DNA from: an uncultured bacterium
GTDB lineage: Bacteria; Zhuqueibacterota; QNDG01; DTFT01
Direction: 5' to 3'
DNA length: 64,000 nucleotides
NCBI GenBank assembly: GCA_963736115.1
Contig: CAVTNR010000022.1
Span: 32,001 to 96,000 of the forward strand
Position numbers and translations under genes: made by a program. The notes beneath the pieces are model-generated. The model ran no database searches and was not told the origin of the DNA. It worked only from the letters and a program-made list of their open reading frames with translations. Positions 45,846 through 56,885 of this stretch are shown here, one piece after another; the stretch's first letter is position 1, and each line of letters begins with the position of its first letter.

Positions 45846-47705
45846 ATGAAAACGCGGATGCTGATTCCGGCGGCCTGCCTGCTGGCCGCCGCGCTCGCCT
45901 CCCCGCTGGCCGGTCAGCAGATGCAGAGCGACAACGGGGACGGCACCTACACCAATCCGGTGCTCTACTCCGATTTTCCGGATCCGGACGTGATACGCGT
46001 TGATTCCCTCTATTATATGGTTTCGACGACCATGTTCATTTTTCCCGGCGTCACGATTCTAAAATCCATGGACCTCGTCAACTGGGAATACTGCGCCAAC
46101 GCGGTTCAGCGCTTCGATTTCAGCCCCTGCTACAACCTCGACGGCTGCAACCGGTACAGCCACGGCCAGTGGGCCACGAGCCTCAAATATCACGACGGAC
46201 AATTTTATCTGCTTTTCATCACACTGGACGAGGGCGGATTCCTCTGCACCGCGGACAGGGCCGAGGGGCCCTGGTCCATACGGAAACTGCCGCGGGGGTT
46301 TTACGACCCCGGTCTGTTTTTCGACGACGACGGCCGTATATACGTGGCACATGGGTACGGCAACATCAGCATCACCGAATTGAACGCGAATTTTACGGCC
46401 AAGGGGAACGATGTCCTGGTCTTCACCGGAGACATCCGGTCCGGTCTCGAAGGCATGCATGTCTACAAAATCGACGGTTATTACTATCTGTACGGCACCT
46501 ACGGCGGGGGAGACGGGTTCCAGGTAGCCCTGCGATCCGAGAACATCTACGGCCCGTACGAGCAGAAAATCGTCATACGCGACAACGGCAACCTGGGCAC
46601 CGGCATACACCAGGGCGCGCTCGTGCAGACGCAGACCGGGGAATGGTGGTCCGTCATATTCCAGGACGGAGGCGCCTTCGGACGCTTCCCGACCCTCCAG
46701 CCCGTCACCTGGACGGACGGGTGGCCCATGGTCGGCGTGGATGGAAAGGGCGTGATCCGGCATTCCAAGCCGGACGTCGGCGGGCAGCATCCGATTCGCG
46801 CCCTGCCCACGTCGGACGAATTCGACGGAGCGGAATTGGGCATGCAGTGGGGATGGAACCACAATCCGGACCCGGCGAAATGGTCGTTCACGGAGAATCC
46901 CGGTTTCCTCAGGCTCCACACCGCGAAAGTCGTGTCCGGCTTGACCGAGGCCCGGAATACGCTGACGCAGAGGATATTCGCCTATTATTCGAAGACCGTT
47001 CCGACCACGGCCACGGTGAAGATGGAGGTCGGGAACATGCGGGACGGAGACGTCGCAGGGCTCGCCGTTTTCCAGGATCCCTATGCCTTCATCGCCGTGC
47101 GTCAGGCGGGCGGAATCCGGCGCATCGTCATGGTGAACAATGGGAGAGCCGCGGATTCCGCGGAGGTAGCATCCGACACGGTCTACCTGAGGGCGATCGC
47201 GCGTTACGGCACCAGCAGTGCCACGTTCGCGTACAGTACGGACAATGGGACGTTCACGAAGCTCGGCAACACGCTTTACATGCGGTTCAACCTGTCGATT
47301 TTCACCGGGAACAAGTTCTGCCTTTTCAATTACGCGACCACGGAAACGGACGGATTCGTGGATTTCGACTGGTTCAGGACCGAGCCGTCCGCGGTCACCG
47401 GAATCGTTCCGGGGCCGGACGGGACCGCGGGCGAAGCGCCGGCCGGATTCCGGTTGTCTCAGAATTATCCCAATCCATTCAATCCGGTCACGGTGATCCG
47501 GTACCAGCTTCCACGGGCGGGCCGGGTCCGCCTGACGGTTCATGACCTTATCGGGCGGGAAGTCGTCTCGCTGGTCGAGGGCGTACAGCCGGCAGGGTTT
47601 TACGAGGCGGAATTCGACGCCCGCGGACTCGCGAGCGGAATATACGTCTGCCGTCTCCAGTACGGGGGTTCAGTCGCGAGCCGGAAGATGATGCTGATCG
47701 AATAA
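45846..47705 (+). CDS. GH43 beta-xylosidase-like + sorting domain
   Basis: YTNPVLYSDFPDPDVIRV, YDPGLFFDDDG, LEGMH, HQG, QNYPNPFNP. Confidence 0.92.
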   Translation: MKTRMLIPAACLLAAALASPLAGQQMQSDNGDGTYTNPVLYSDFPDPDVIRVDSLYYMVSTTMFIFPGVTILKSMDLVNWEYCANAVQRFDFSPCYNLDGCNRYSHGQWATSLKYHDGQFYLLFITLDEGGFLCTADRAEGPWSIRKLPRGFYDPGLFFDDDGRIYVAHGYGNISITELNANFTAKGNDVLVFTGDIRSGLEGMHVYKIDGYYYLYGTYGGGDGFQVALRSENIYGPYEQKIVIRDNGNLGTGIHQGALVQTQTGEWWSVIFQDGGAFGRFPTLQPVTWTDGWPMVGVDGKGVIRHSKPDVGGQHPIRALPTSDEFDGAELGMQWGWNHNPDPAKWSFTENPGFLRLHTAKVVSGLTEARNTLTQRIFAYYSKTVPTTATVKMEVGNMRDGDVAGLAVFQDPYAFIAVRQAGGIRRIVMVNNGRAADSAEVASDTVYLRAIARYGTSSATFAYSTDNGTFTKLGNTLYMRFNLSIFTGNKFCLFNYATTETDGFVDFDWFRTEPSAVTGIVPGPDGTAGEAPAGFRLSQNYPNPFNPVTVIRYQLPRAGRVRLTVHDLIGREVVSLVEGVQPAGFYEAEFDARGLASGIYVCRLQYGGSVASRKMMLIE

Positions 47706-47957
47706 GGGACGCCTGTTCCCGGGGGACGATCGGTATAAACCTTTTTTTTGTTGTGATTTTACCTGGATTCAAGCATATTACGGACTGGAGAACACTACTT
47801 CCCGGGTTAAGTCCGGTGCGAGAGGGGAAAAACGTCGATTCCTGAAGGGTTCCGGAGCCGGGACTGGAAGGCGGCGTCCGGGACGATTATACGCGATTGA
47901 TCTTCCTCTTTTATTAATATTTTATTATGTGTGTTTGGTTCATTGGAGTTTTGTAAA

Positions 47958-50748
47958 ATGAAACTAAACCGGTTTAGTTGCCGCCCGTTCCTCTTTGTCG
48001 CGATTCTGTCCTGCCTTGCCTTTCTATTCTGCGACGCCGCCTGGGCGCGTGTTCCACAAAAGGAATCGGAGGGTGAAACCCGCGAAACCTTCGGCCTCAA
48101 TCGCGGCTGGCGGTTTTTTAAATACGCTTCAGCGGCAGACGCGGATTCGCTGATCTATGACGTGCGGCCTGATTTCAGCGGCTACAGGGACGGCGGTCCG
48201 GCGGATGCCAGACCGACCGAGGCGGATGGGACCCAGGCTGACCGGCTCGTGCTGAAAGACTGGATACTGCCTGCCGGAAACGCTTTTATCAGGGATCCCG
48301 CGAGCCGGCATTTCCGGCCCGAAGGAGAACCGGGCGCGGATTTTCCGTTCGTCCGGGCCGGCTTTGATGACGCTTCATGGGAGGTCGTGAACCTGCCCCA
48401 TGACTGGGCGATCAAGGGCCCGTTCAGACCCGGCCATGACCCGGAGGTGGGAGGCGGCATGGGCCGTTTGCCGAGCCCCGGTGTCGCCTGGTACAGAAAA
48501 AAGCTCGACATTCCCGCGCCGGACGCTGGCCGTTCCGTGTTTCTGGACGTGGACGGCGCCATGTCCTACGCCATGGTCTGGGTGAACGGTTTTTTGGCGG
48601 GCGGCTGGCCTTACGGTTACTCATCCTGGCGGCTCGATCTCACGCCTTATATCTTCCCCGGCGGCGTGAACCAGATCGCGATCCGGCTGGACAATCCGCC
48701 GGCTTCTTCGCGATGGTATCCGGGAGGCGGCCTGTACAGGAACGTCCGTCTGGTCAAAACGGATCAGGTGCACGTCGGACACTGGGGTGTTGTCGTGACG
48801 ACTCCGGAGGTGTCATCCGAATCCGCGGTCGTCCGTGTGGCCGTGTCCCTGGACAATGATTCGAAAGAGGACGCGGAAGTCGAGGTCCTCACTTTCTTGT
48901 ACCCGATGACCGAGGCCGGACGTCGAACCGGTCCTCCTGTCGTGTCTCTCGATCCCATCAAAACGACGGTTCCCGCCAAAGGCAGCGCCCGCGTGGAAGG
49001 AACCGTATCGCTGGAAAATCCCAGGCTCTGGGGGCCGCCGCCGTCCCAGCGTCCAAACCGGTACGCGGCCGTGACCGTCATTCAGCGTGATGGACGGCCG
49101 GTGGACGAAGTCGAAACGGTTTTTGGCGTCCGATCCGTTCGATTCGACTCGGATTCCGGGCTCATTATCAATGGCGAACGGATTCCCATTCACGGTGTGA
49201 ACGAACACCACGACCTCGGGGCCCTGGGCGCGGCGTTCAACAGGAGGGCCGCGGAGCGCAAGCTGGAAATGCTCCGGGACATGGGCTGCAACGCGATACG
49301 GATGTCCCACAACCCGCCGGCTCCGGAACTGCTCGACCTGACGGACCGGATGGGATTTCTGGTGATGGACGAGTCTTTCGACTGCTGGGAGCGTAAAAAG
49401 ACGCCGCTCGACTTCCACCTCATATTCCCCGAATGGCACGAGCAGGACCTGCGGGCCATGGTCCGAAGAGACCGGAACCATCCCTCCGTGGTCATCTGGA
49501 GCGTTGGCAACGAGGTGGGTGAGCAGTACACGGCAGAGGCGGGCGCTGCGATCGCGAAACGGCTCGTGGAAATCGTGAAAGAGGAGGATCCGACCCGGCC
49601 GGTGACCAGCGCCATGAACTGGGCCAAGCCGGACATGCCCCTGCCCGCGGAACTGGACGTGATCAGCCTGAACTACCAGGGCGAGGGTATACGCCAGACT
49701 CCGGAATTCGAGGGCACGGATCGCATCCGTTGTTCGCCGCAATACCCCGCTTTCCATTCGGCATTTCCGGACAAGGCTGTTCTGAGCTCGGAGACCGCGT
49801 CCTGCTTCAGCAGCCGGGGTGTGTACCTGTTTCCAGTGACGGACAAGATCAGTGACATCGTCCGGGACGGCAGGGGCGGCGACTCGCAGAAACGGCACGT
49901 CAGCGACTACGGGCTCAATGCCGTGGACTTCGGTTCATCGCCGGACAAGGTGTTTGCCTCCCTGGACCGTCACCCGTTTGTGGCAGGCGAATTCGTGTGG
50001 ACCGGATGGGACCATCTCGGCGAGCCGACTCCCTATTACGATTCGAGAAGTTCGTACTGCGGCGTCATCGACCTGGCCGGTTTCGCAAAAAGCCGCTTCT
50101 TTCTGTATCAGTCGCGCTGGCGGCCGGATCTGGCCATGGCGCACATCCTGCCCCACTGGAACTGGCCGGAACGCAAGGGCCTTGTCACGCCCGTGCACGT
50201 GTTCACGTCCGGAGACGAGGGGGAATTGTTCCTCAACGGAAAGTCTCTCGGCCGGAAGAAGAAAGGGCCTCTTGAAACCCGTCTGCGGTGGGACGACGTC
50301 GTCTACAAGTCCGGCAGGCTGGAAGTGAAAGTCTGGAAGGCGGGAAAGAAGTGGGCCGGTGACAAAGTGGAAACAACGGGCAAACCGGCCCGGCTCCGGA
50401 TGTCCGCGGACCATTCCGCGATCGCGGCGGACGGCCAGGACCTGTCATTCCTGACCGCTGGCCGTGACGGACCGGAAGGGCCGCACCGTCCCGACCGCGG
50501 ACAACAGCGTCCGCTTCAGCATCCAGGGACCCGGGGAGATCGTAGCAACGGACAACGGCGATCCGACGGATATGACGGCTTTCCCCTCGCTCGAACGAAA
50601 GGCGTTCAGCGGACTGGCCCTGGCCATCGTCCGATCGAAGGCGGGGGATGCCGGTTCGATCACAGTGACCGCGGAATCCGCCGGACTGGCCAGGGCCGTC
50701 ATCCGCGTTCTCAGCAAATTACCTTCCGAGCCCGGGGGTCGACCCTGA
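47958..50748 (+). CDS. GH2 beta-galactosidase-like (one frameshift near 50460)
   Basis: LPHDWAI, HHDLGALG, NAIRMSHNPP, WSVGNE, LSSET, FVWTGWD. The C-terminus continues in ORF 50464-50748 (ATDNGDP, RKAFSGLALAIV). Confidence 0.88.
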
Positions 50749-50780
50749 GGTTAGCGCATGATCATGCCAAGGAGTGAATT

Positions 50781-52697
50781 ATGAACCGTCACATGTTTCG
50801 ATCGCCGTTCTTCACGGTTTTGTGCATATCCGCCGCGCTCTTCCTGAACAGTGGTAATACGTCCGGTCAGACCGAACCCGGCACGCCGGTCATCGTGGAA
50901 GCCGAATCCGGAGAGCCGGGTGATAATGTCGCGGTCCGCACCGCAGGCGGCGTCACGTATGTGACTGTCAAGACCAACCTGGGAGGAACCAGTCCCGGGG
51001 ACGCGAGCCGCACCGTCGCGTACGAAGTCACATTCGCGGACTCGGGGACTTATGATTTTTACGTCCATCTGCGCGTCGGCGCGGCGGGATTCGATGACGA
51101 CAGCTTTTTCTACGGGAGGGGTTTCGGGGACAAGGACGCGGCCTCAGGCGGGGACTGGGTGATGGTGAACGGGCTGGGCAGCAGCGGATTCTCCGATCCG
51201 GCTTCGCTGATCGAAGGTCCCGGGCCGCTCGGTTCCAATGCCTGGAAATGGGTGAACCTGACGAAGAACGGGTACCAGAGCGCGGCCGGCGACCCCTTCC
51301 GGGTGGAACCGGACGGTCTCGTTCAGACGTTTCAGATCGGCGGTCGCGAAGACGGGCTGGACATAGATAAATTCGCGTTCGGAAAGTCACATCTCTGGTT
51401 CACGGTCGGCATGCTTGAAGACGGACTGCCCGGGTCCCCGACCCGTCCGGCAGGCGACACCACGGGCATTGTCTGGGAAGGCCCGGCGTTTTCATCCGAC
51501 CCGGACAAGTTCCTCGGCAGCGGGTGGGACCGGACGGATCCGGATTTCCCGAAATACTGGAATCAGCTGACGCCGGGCAACGCGGGCAAGTTCGGGTCCG
51601 TGGCCGTCACGGCCAATCCAGGCCAGTGGAACTGGTCGAGCCTCGACGCGTCGTATCAGTTCGCGACGAGCAACGGCCTGCTTTTCAAGCACCACTGCCT
51701 GATCTGGGGCCAGCAGCAGCCGGGCTGGATCACGAATTCCGGTCTTGATTCGGCCCAGCAGGCGGACGCGGTTGAAGACTGGATCCGTCTGACCGGCGAG
51801 CGGTATCCTGAAATGGACATGATCGATGTGGTGAACGAGCCTCTTCCGGGGCATAATCCCGCCGCCTACAGGGACGCGCTGGGCGGCGCGGGCGCCACGG
51901 GCTGGGACTGGGTGATCTGGGCGTTTCAGAAGGCCCGGGACTACATGCCCGGCGTGAAGCTGCTGCTCAACGAATACGGCATCATCAACAACAATTCGGC
52001 AACCACGTCCTACCTTCAGATCATCAACCTGCTGAAGGACAGGGGCCTGATCGACGGCATCGGCGTGCAGGGCCACCGCTTCGAGTTCGAAAGCGCGGAC
52101 ACGAGCGTGATGCGGAAGAACCTGGACCGGCTGGCCGCGACCGGACTGCCGGTGTACATTTCCGAGTTCGACCTGGGCAATCTACGGAACGAGGGAACCC
52201 CGGACGATGACCAGCAGCTGAGGCTGTACCAGAAAATATTCCCGGTGATCTGGAAGCATACGGGCGTCAAGGGCATCACGTTCTGGGGGTACCGAGAGGG
52301 AGAAGTGTGGCAGTCATCCACCTACCTGGTGCGATACAACGGCAGGGCAAGGCCCGCGCTGTTGTGGCTGGATGAGTACATCCGGAACAATCCTCCGGCC
52401 GGTGTGGATGACCGGAAGAACGCGTCCGCGCCCTCCGGATTTGAGCTGGGCCGGAATTTTCCGAATCCCTTCAATCCCGCGACCCGGATCCAATACCGGA
52501 TCGGCCGGCCCTGCCGGGTGACGGTGAAGATTTACGCTTTAACGGGCCGCATGGTTCAGACGCTGGTCGACACGGAGCAGGCGGCCGGACGGTACACCCT
52601 CTCGTTCGACGGCCGGGACCTGCCGAGCGGGAATTATTTCTGCCGCATGACCGCAGGCGGATTCACCGCGGTCCAAAAACTGGTTCTGATCAAATAA
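50781..52697 (+). CDS. GH10 endo-1,4-beta-xylanase with N-terminal accessory domain + sorting domain
   Basis: HCLIWGQQQP, DVVNEP (acid/base), DGIGVQGH, YISEFD (nucleophile), RNFPNPFNP. Confidence 0.92.
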   Translation: MNRHMFRSPFFTVLCISAALFLNSGNTSGQTEPGTPVIVEAESGEPGDNVAVRTAGGVTYVTVKTNLGGTSPGDASRTVAYEVTFADSGTYDFYVHLRVGAAGFDDDSFFYGRGFGDKDAASGGDWVMVNGLGSSGFSDPASLIEGPGPLGSNAWKWVNLTKNGYQSAAGDPFRVEPDGLVQTFQIGGREDGLDIDKFAFGKSHLWFTVGMLEDGLPGSPTRPAGDTTGIVWEGPAFSSDPDKFLGSGWDRTDPDFPKYWNQLTPGNAGKFGSVAVTANPGQWNWSSLDASYQFATSNGLLFKHHCLIWGQQQPGWITNSGLDSAQQADAVEDWIRLTGERYPEMDMIDVVNEPLPGHNPAAYRDALGGAGATGWDWVIWAFQKARDYMPGVKLLLNEYGIINNNSATTSYLQIINLLKDRGLIDGIGVQGHRFEFESADTSVMRKNLDRLAATGLPVYISEFDLGNLRNEGTPDDDQQLRLYQKIFPVIWKHTGVKGITFWGYREGEVWQSSTYLVRYNGRARPALLWLDEYIRNNPPAGVDDRKNASAPSGFELGRNFPNPFNPATRIQYRIGRPCRVTVKIYALTGRMVQTLVDTEQAAGRYTLSFDGRDLPSGNYFCRMTAGGFTAVQKLVLIK

Positions 52698-52773
52698 CAG
52701 GAGCGAGGTTGCGGCGGTTCAATACCGGACCGCCCGCGGATTCATTTCAACTCAACAAGGAGAGGAGGAAGTC

Positions 52774-53859
52774 ATGTTTGAGAAGAGAGCGCTACGGGTG
52801 ATGCTGGCGGCGTTCTGCCTGGCGGCCTTTCTGCCGGCCGCATTGCCGGCGGCGGAAGGCACCATCGTGTTCGTGTCCCTGCAGGACGGCGTCAAGATCG
52901 ACCCCGCGACCGGGGAGTACCCGGATATGCCGCATATCTATCTTCTGCAGGACGAGGGGTATGACGTCATCCCCTTTTACAACGCGTCGGTGTCCACGGC
53001 CAGTCAGGAAACGCTGGACACCCTGTACAACGCCGACCTGATCATTATGGGCCGTTCCACTCCGAGCACCATCTACATGGACAACAACAAATGGATCTGG
53101 AACGACATCACCAAGCCCATTCTGAACCTGGAGATGTGGAACTGCAGGAACACCCGTTTGAACTGGTTCAACACGGCCAACATGGTCAGCAATTCGACGG
53201 AAGGCACGGTGCGGAACGCGGTCATCGACGTTCCGGACGACCCGGTGTTCCAGGGCCTGGACACTTCAGCACCGGTTCCGTGGATCGTCGGCTCGTTCGA
53301 CGCGGTGAGTATGACGGAGGCCGGCAACGGCATCGTTCTGGCCCGGCTTGAAACTGATGGCACCGTCCTGTTCGTCCGTTTCGAGCCGGACATCGAGTTC
53401 TATGAAGGGGCCAGCGACATGCCAGCGGGACACCGCACCATGATCGGCAACGGCCGCGACAACGGCGGAGCCGCGCCCTTCAATTATTTCAACTTCACCG
53501 CGGAATCCGAGCAGGTTTTTCTCGCCGAAGTGGCGCGCCTGGTGGCGATCGGCAAAGGCAGTGCGGTTCAGGACAGGGGCAATGCGTCCGGCCCGGCCGG
53601 TTTCGGTCTGTCCCAGAATTATCCCAATCCGTTCAATCCCACAACGACAATCGAGTTCACACTGCCCACGACGTCCGATGTGCGGCTGACGCTGGTCAAC
53701 GGCCTGGGACGGACGGTTCGTGAACTGGCAGTCGGCCGGTATACTTCGGGCCGGCACAACGTGACCGTGGACGCGTCGGGTCTGGGTTCCGGGATTTATT
53801 TCTGCAGACTGCAGGCGGGTTCGCAGGTCGACGTGAGAAAGCTGATGGTCGCCAAATAG
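52774..53859 (+). CDS. Secreted protein of unknown function + sorting domain
   Basis: Strong SD, signal peptide, about 240-aa unrecognised domain, QNYPNPFNP...RKLMVAK. Confidence 0.85.
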   Translation: MFEKRALRVMLAAFCLAAFLPAALPAAEGTIVFVSLQDGVKIDPATGEYPDMPHIYLLQDEGYDVIPFYNASVSTASQETLDTLYNADLIIMGRSTPSTIYMDNNKWIWNDITKPILNLEMWNCRNTRLNWFNTANMVSNSTEGTVRNAVIDVPDDPVFQGLDTSAPVPWIVGSFDAVSMTEAGNGIVLARLETDGTVLFVRFEPDIEFYEGASDMPAGHRTMIGNGRDNGGAAPFNYFNFTAESEQVFLAEVARLVAIGKGSAVQDRGNASGPAGFGLSQNYPNPFNPTTTIEFTLPTTSDVRLTLVNGLGRTVRELAVGRYTSGRHNVTVDASGLGSGIYFCRLQAGSQVDVRKLMVAK

Positions 53860-53904
53860 AGGGTTGAAATATTCTCCAGGCGCCGGTTTCATGCGGCGCC
53901 TGTC

Positions 53905-53943
53905 AAGGCCGCCCCGGGTCTGGTCCCCGGGGCGGCCTTTTTA
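53905..53943 (+). terminator. Intrinsic terminator ending the glycan operon
   Basis: AAGGCCGCCCCGGG...CCCGGGGCGGCCTT followed by a T-run. Confidence 0.8.
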
Positions 53944-53968
53944 TTTATCGGATGGACTCCGGGATCAG

Positions 53969-55045
53969 CTATTCAAGCTCCCCGTGCAGCGCTTTTTTGA
54001 AGAAGGTTCCTGATCCGGTGAGCGTGTACTGGTCCCACGATTCCAGCATGGAAGGGTGCCACTCGACGTCATACACCCAGCATATCCAGCTGATGCCCCG
54101 CCCCTCCAGGTAACGGACGATACGATTCCCGTAATCCTCCGGACCGGCCGGACTGTCCTTGTCCGCCCTGAACCCGAACTCGGTGGCGACCACGGGCCAG
54201 TGATCGGCCGCGAATCCGAAATTCTCCTCCCACTTGGGCTCCCAGGGCTGGGACCGCTTGTTCGCGTACGGGTGCGTGACATACCCGATGCCCTCGGCCT
54301 CCACGGGCTCGTAGCGCAAGTGGTTCAGGTCATAGGCCCAGTCGAACCCGGCCACGAGCGGTATGGTCTCGGTGTCCACGGAACGGATGAGCCGGATCAG
54401 GTCTTCGTTGATCTTTCTCCATTCGGTCCATGTCATGCTCCCGAGCATGCCCCTGAAATGCGTCGGCTCGTTGAACAGCTCGTAGAACGCGACAGTGTGA
54501 TGCCCACGGAAATGGCCGGCGATGACGCGCCAGAAATCGAAGGTTTCCTTTTTCGACGTCTCGTACATGGGATTCTGGAAGATCTCGGCCTGCAGATTTC
54601 CGATGGAGTGCCAGTCGATGACGATGTACATCCCGAGCTCCGTACACCACGCCGCGGCCTGATCCAGCAGTTCGAGATATTTCTCCGGTGACCGGTCCCG
54701 CCAGGCCACGGGGTGGACCGGGATGCGCACGAGCATGGCGCCCATGTCCCTGACATGTTCGAAATGGGCCTTGTTCCAATGGCCCTGGTTGGCCAGCTTG
54801 TCCGGGTCCGATATGGCCAGACCCCGGAAGAGGATAGTGTCGCCCTTGGAGTTGACGAAACGGTTCCCGGCCACGGATATTCGCGGAAGCTTTTCCGCAT
54901 CCGGATTCTTTTTCGGCCTGGGCCAGCGGCCCTCGTTCCACCACTGCCTGTAGGGCTTGTCCTGGCCGTTTAACGGCCCGATCGGCGCGAAGAGAAGGGA
55001 GAGGAAGGAAACGGCAGCGATCACGGCAAACCGGGTCGGTTTCAT
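53969..55045 (-). CDS. GH5 cellulase-family glycoside hydrolase
   Basis: LVRIPVHP, IDWHSIGN, YELFNEP, THPY, VATEFG; signal peptide. Confidence 0.92.
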   Translation of the reverse strand: MKPTRFAVIAAVSFLSLLFAPIGPLNGQDKPYRQWWNEGRWPRPKKNPDAEKLPRISVAGNRFVNSKGDTILFRGLAISDPDKLANQGHWNKAHFEHVRDMGAMLVRIPVHPVAWRDRSPEKYLELLDQAAAWCTELGMYIVIDWHSIGNLQAEIFQNPMYETSKKETFDFWRVIAGHFRGHHTVAFYELFNEPTHFRGMLGSMTWTEWRKINEDLIRLIRSVDTETIPLVAGFDWAYDLNHLRYEPVEAEGIGYVTHPYANKRSQPWEPKWEENFGFAADHWPVVATEFGFRADKDSPAGPEDYGNRIVRYLEGRGISWICWVYDVEWHPSMLESWDQYTLTGSGTFFKKALHGELE

Positions 55046-55222
55046 GGGAGGCTCCGGGGTTTTGGATTTATACGGACCGGACGGATCAGGCTGAACGCAT
55101 GAAAATATCCAATTTTTCCCGGAGGGGCAAGTAAAAGGTTGTCACGGGGCGGGCCGCTGGTCTCCGGCGCGATCACGGATCATGGGACTCCCCGCGGATG
55201 GCGGCCTTCCGGAAGGTGCGTT

Positions 55223-55606
55223 CTATTTCAGGATTTGCCAGAGTAAGGCTGAAACGACAGTGCCGGCCGCGGAAGCGGCGATGTCGAAGGGATCGACCGG
55301 GAGATTCCACGCCGCGAGCTGGAAATATTCCCATGCCGTGAGTCCCAGGAAGGAAAAGGCCAGTATGAAGCCGAATGCCGGGATGCGCGCCCTTTTCTCC
55401 GCGAAATGACGAGCCCTCGCGTCCGCCAGAACCAGGATCACGAAGGGAACGAAAAGAGCGCCGCCGAAATTCGGGAGCACCCCCATGATAAAAGCAAGCC
55501 GGTGGGGCAGGGCAACCGGCAGGACGCGGACAAGACGGCAGGCGAGTACGAGCCCGGCGCCCGTGAGGCACAGGAAGGCGGACAGGCGGAGTCGGCGCGG
55601 GGACAT
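55223..55606 (-). CDS. Small membrane protein
   Basis: GVLPNF..., WEYFQ......DPFDIAAS, several TMs. Start uncertain. Confidence 0.6.
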   Translation of the reverse strand: MSPRRLRLSAFLCLTGAGLVLACRLVRVLPVALPHRLAFIMGVLPNFGGALFVPFVILVLADARARHFAEKRARIPAFGFILAFSFLGLTAWEYFQLAAWNLPVDPFDIAASAAGTVVSALLWQILK

Positions 55607-55653
55607 GCCGGCGCCCACCAGAAGCTGGGGCCTTCGGCTTCGGGAGGTCCGCA

Positions 55654-56064
55654 TTACATCCCAAGCAATCGGGAGAGAGACGCGACGATCTGGCCGCGGC
55701 CGGAATGCACATAAGCGCCGATCTGGGCGATGATGGACCATCCCAGAGCGAACTGGCCAAGCACCCACCCGCCGATCGCGAACTGGGCGACGGTGACCAC
55801 TCCGATTCCGAACTGGGCCACAGTGACCACGCCGCAAGCGAACTGGCCGATCGCGAGAATCCCCTTTGCCGGGACCGGCATCCGGTTGGGGCGGTATTTG
55901 AAGGAAATATGCACGAGAGGCAGTCCGAAATAGACGGCCTCGGACTTGTACTCGAATCCCCACCCGTCCCACTTGGGTTTTGCCGGATAAGGGGCTCCGC
56001 ATTTGGGACAGGACAGGGATTGTTCGGACACCTCGGTCTTGCACTCGCGGCAGGGTTTCATCAT
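55654..56064 (-). CDS. Zn-ribbon + Gly-rich membrane protein
   Basis: CREC...CPKCG followed by AKGILAIGQFACG and repeated xQF/IG units; SD GGAGG. Confidence 0.75.
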   Translation of the reverse strand: MMKPCRECKTEVSEQSLSCPKCGAPYPAKPKWDGWGFEYKSEAVYFGLPLVHISFKYRPNRMPVPAKGILAIGQFACGVVTVAQFGIGVVTVAQFAIGGWVLGQFALGWSIIAQIGAYVHSGRGQIVASLSRLLGM

Positions 56065-56310
56065 GATTCCTCCGGTCCTTCAATCGGCCTGTGCCGGTTC
56101 GGTAATTTGGTTATAATGCATAATATATGTAGACGTATTATAACTTTAAAACAATGGAAAATCAAGCGGTTTTTCGGCAAACGGACGCGGGTTCCGCCCG
56201 GCGAACGGCCATTTTCCGCTTGCTTGTCACAGTCAAATGTTCTAAATTTCTGACTCCGGTCCGGGAACTCCGGCCCGGTTCGGAATGGTTTCCCAACCCG
56301 CCGGAGTCCG

Positions 56311-56868
56311 ATGGACGGCCTGACCCTTCTGCTCATCTCGTTCGGTCTTTCCATGGACGCGTTCGCGGTGTCCGTGTCCTGCGGCATTTGCGGACGGCCG
56401 AAGAAGTGGAGTCTCATCGCGCGGGTCGGCCTGTACTTCGGCGGGTTTCAGGCGTTGATGCCCGTGCTCGGTTGGCTGGCCGGAACCCGGCTCAAGGGGC
56501 CCATCTCGTCGGTGGACCACTGGGTGGCTTTCGGGCTTCTGGCGCTGATCGGCGTGAAAATGATACACGAGTCCTTCACCATCGGGGCCAGGCGTTTTGA
56601 TCCGCGCAGGCACAAGGTGTTGCTCACCCTGGCCGTGGCCACGAGCATTGACGCGCTGGCCGTCGGTCTGAGCTTTGCTCTGCTCGACGGCGGTATTCTC
56701 ATTCCGGCCTTGACGATCGGCATGGTCACGTTCTGTGTTTCCTGCCTGGGCGTGATGATCGGGGACCGGGTCGGATCGACCTTCGAGAAAGCGGCGGAGA
56801 TTCTCGGCGGCATCATACTGATCGGTATTGGCTTGAAAATCCTTCTGGAGCACACACTGACCCCCTGA
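56311..56868 (+). CDS. mntP: Manganese efflux pump MntP
   Basis: GLSMDAFAVS, FQALMP, DHWVAF.LL, ATSIDALAVG. Confidence 0.92.
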   Translation: MDGLTLLLISFGLSMDAFAVSVSCGICGRPKKWSLIARVGLYFGGFQALMPVLGWLAGTRLKGPISSVDHWVAFGLLALIGVKMIHESFTIGARRFDPRRHKVLLTLAVATSIDALAVGLSFALLDGGILIPALTIGMVTFCVSCLGVMIGDRVGSTFEKAAEILGGIILIGIGLKILLEHTLTP

Positions 56869-56885
56869 TCCTTTTCGGAGGCCGC

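Noticed and set aside
56100-56310. yybP-ykoY manganese riboswitch upstream of mntP
   Set aside because: Expected from context, but I could not recognise the conserved motif by eye. An Rfam scan would settle it.
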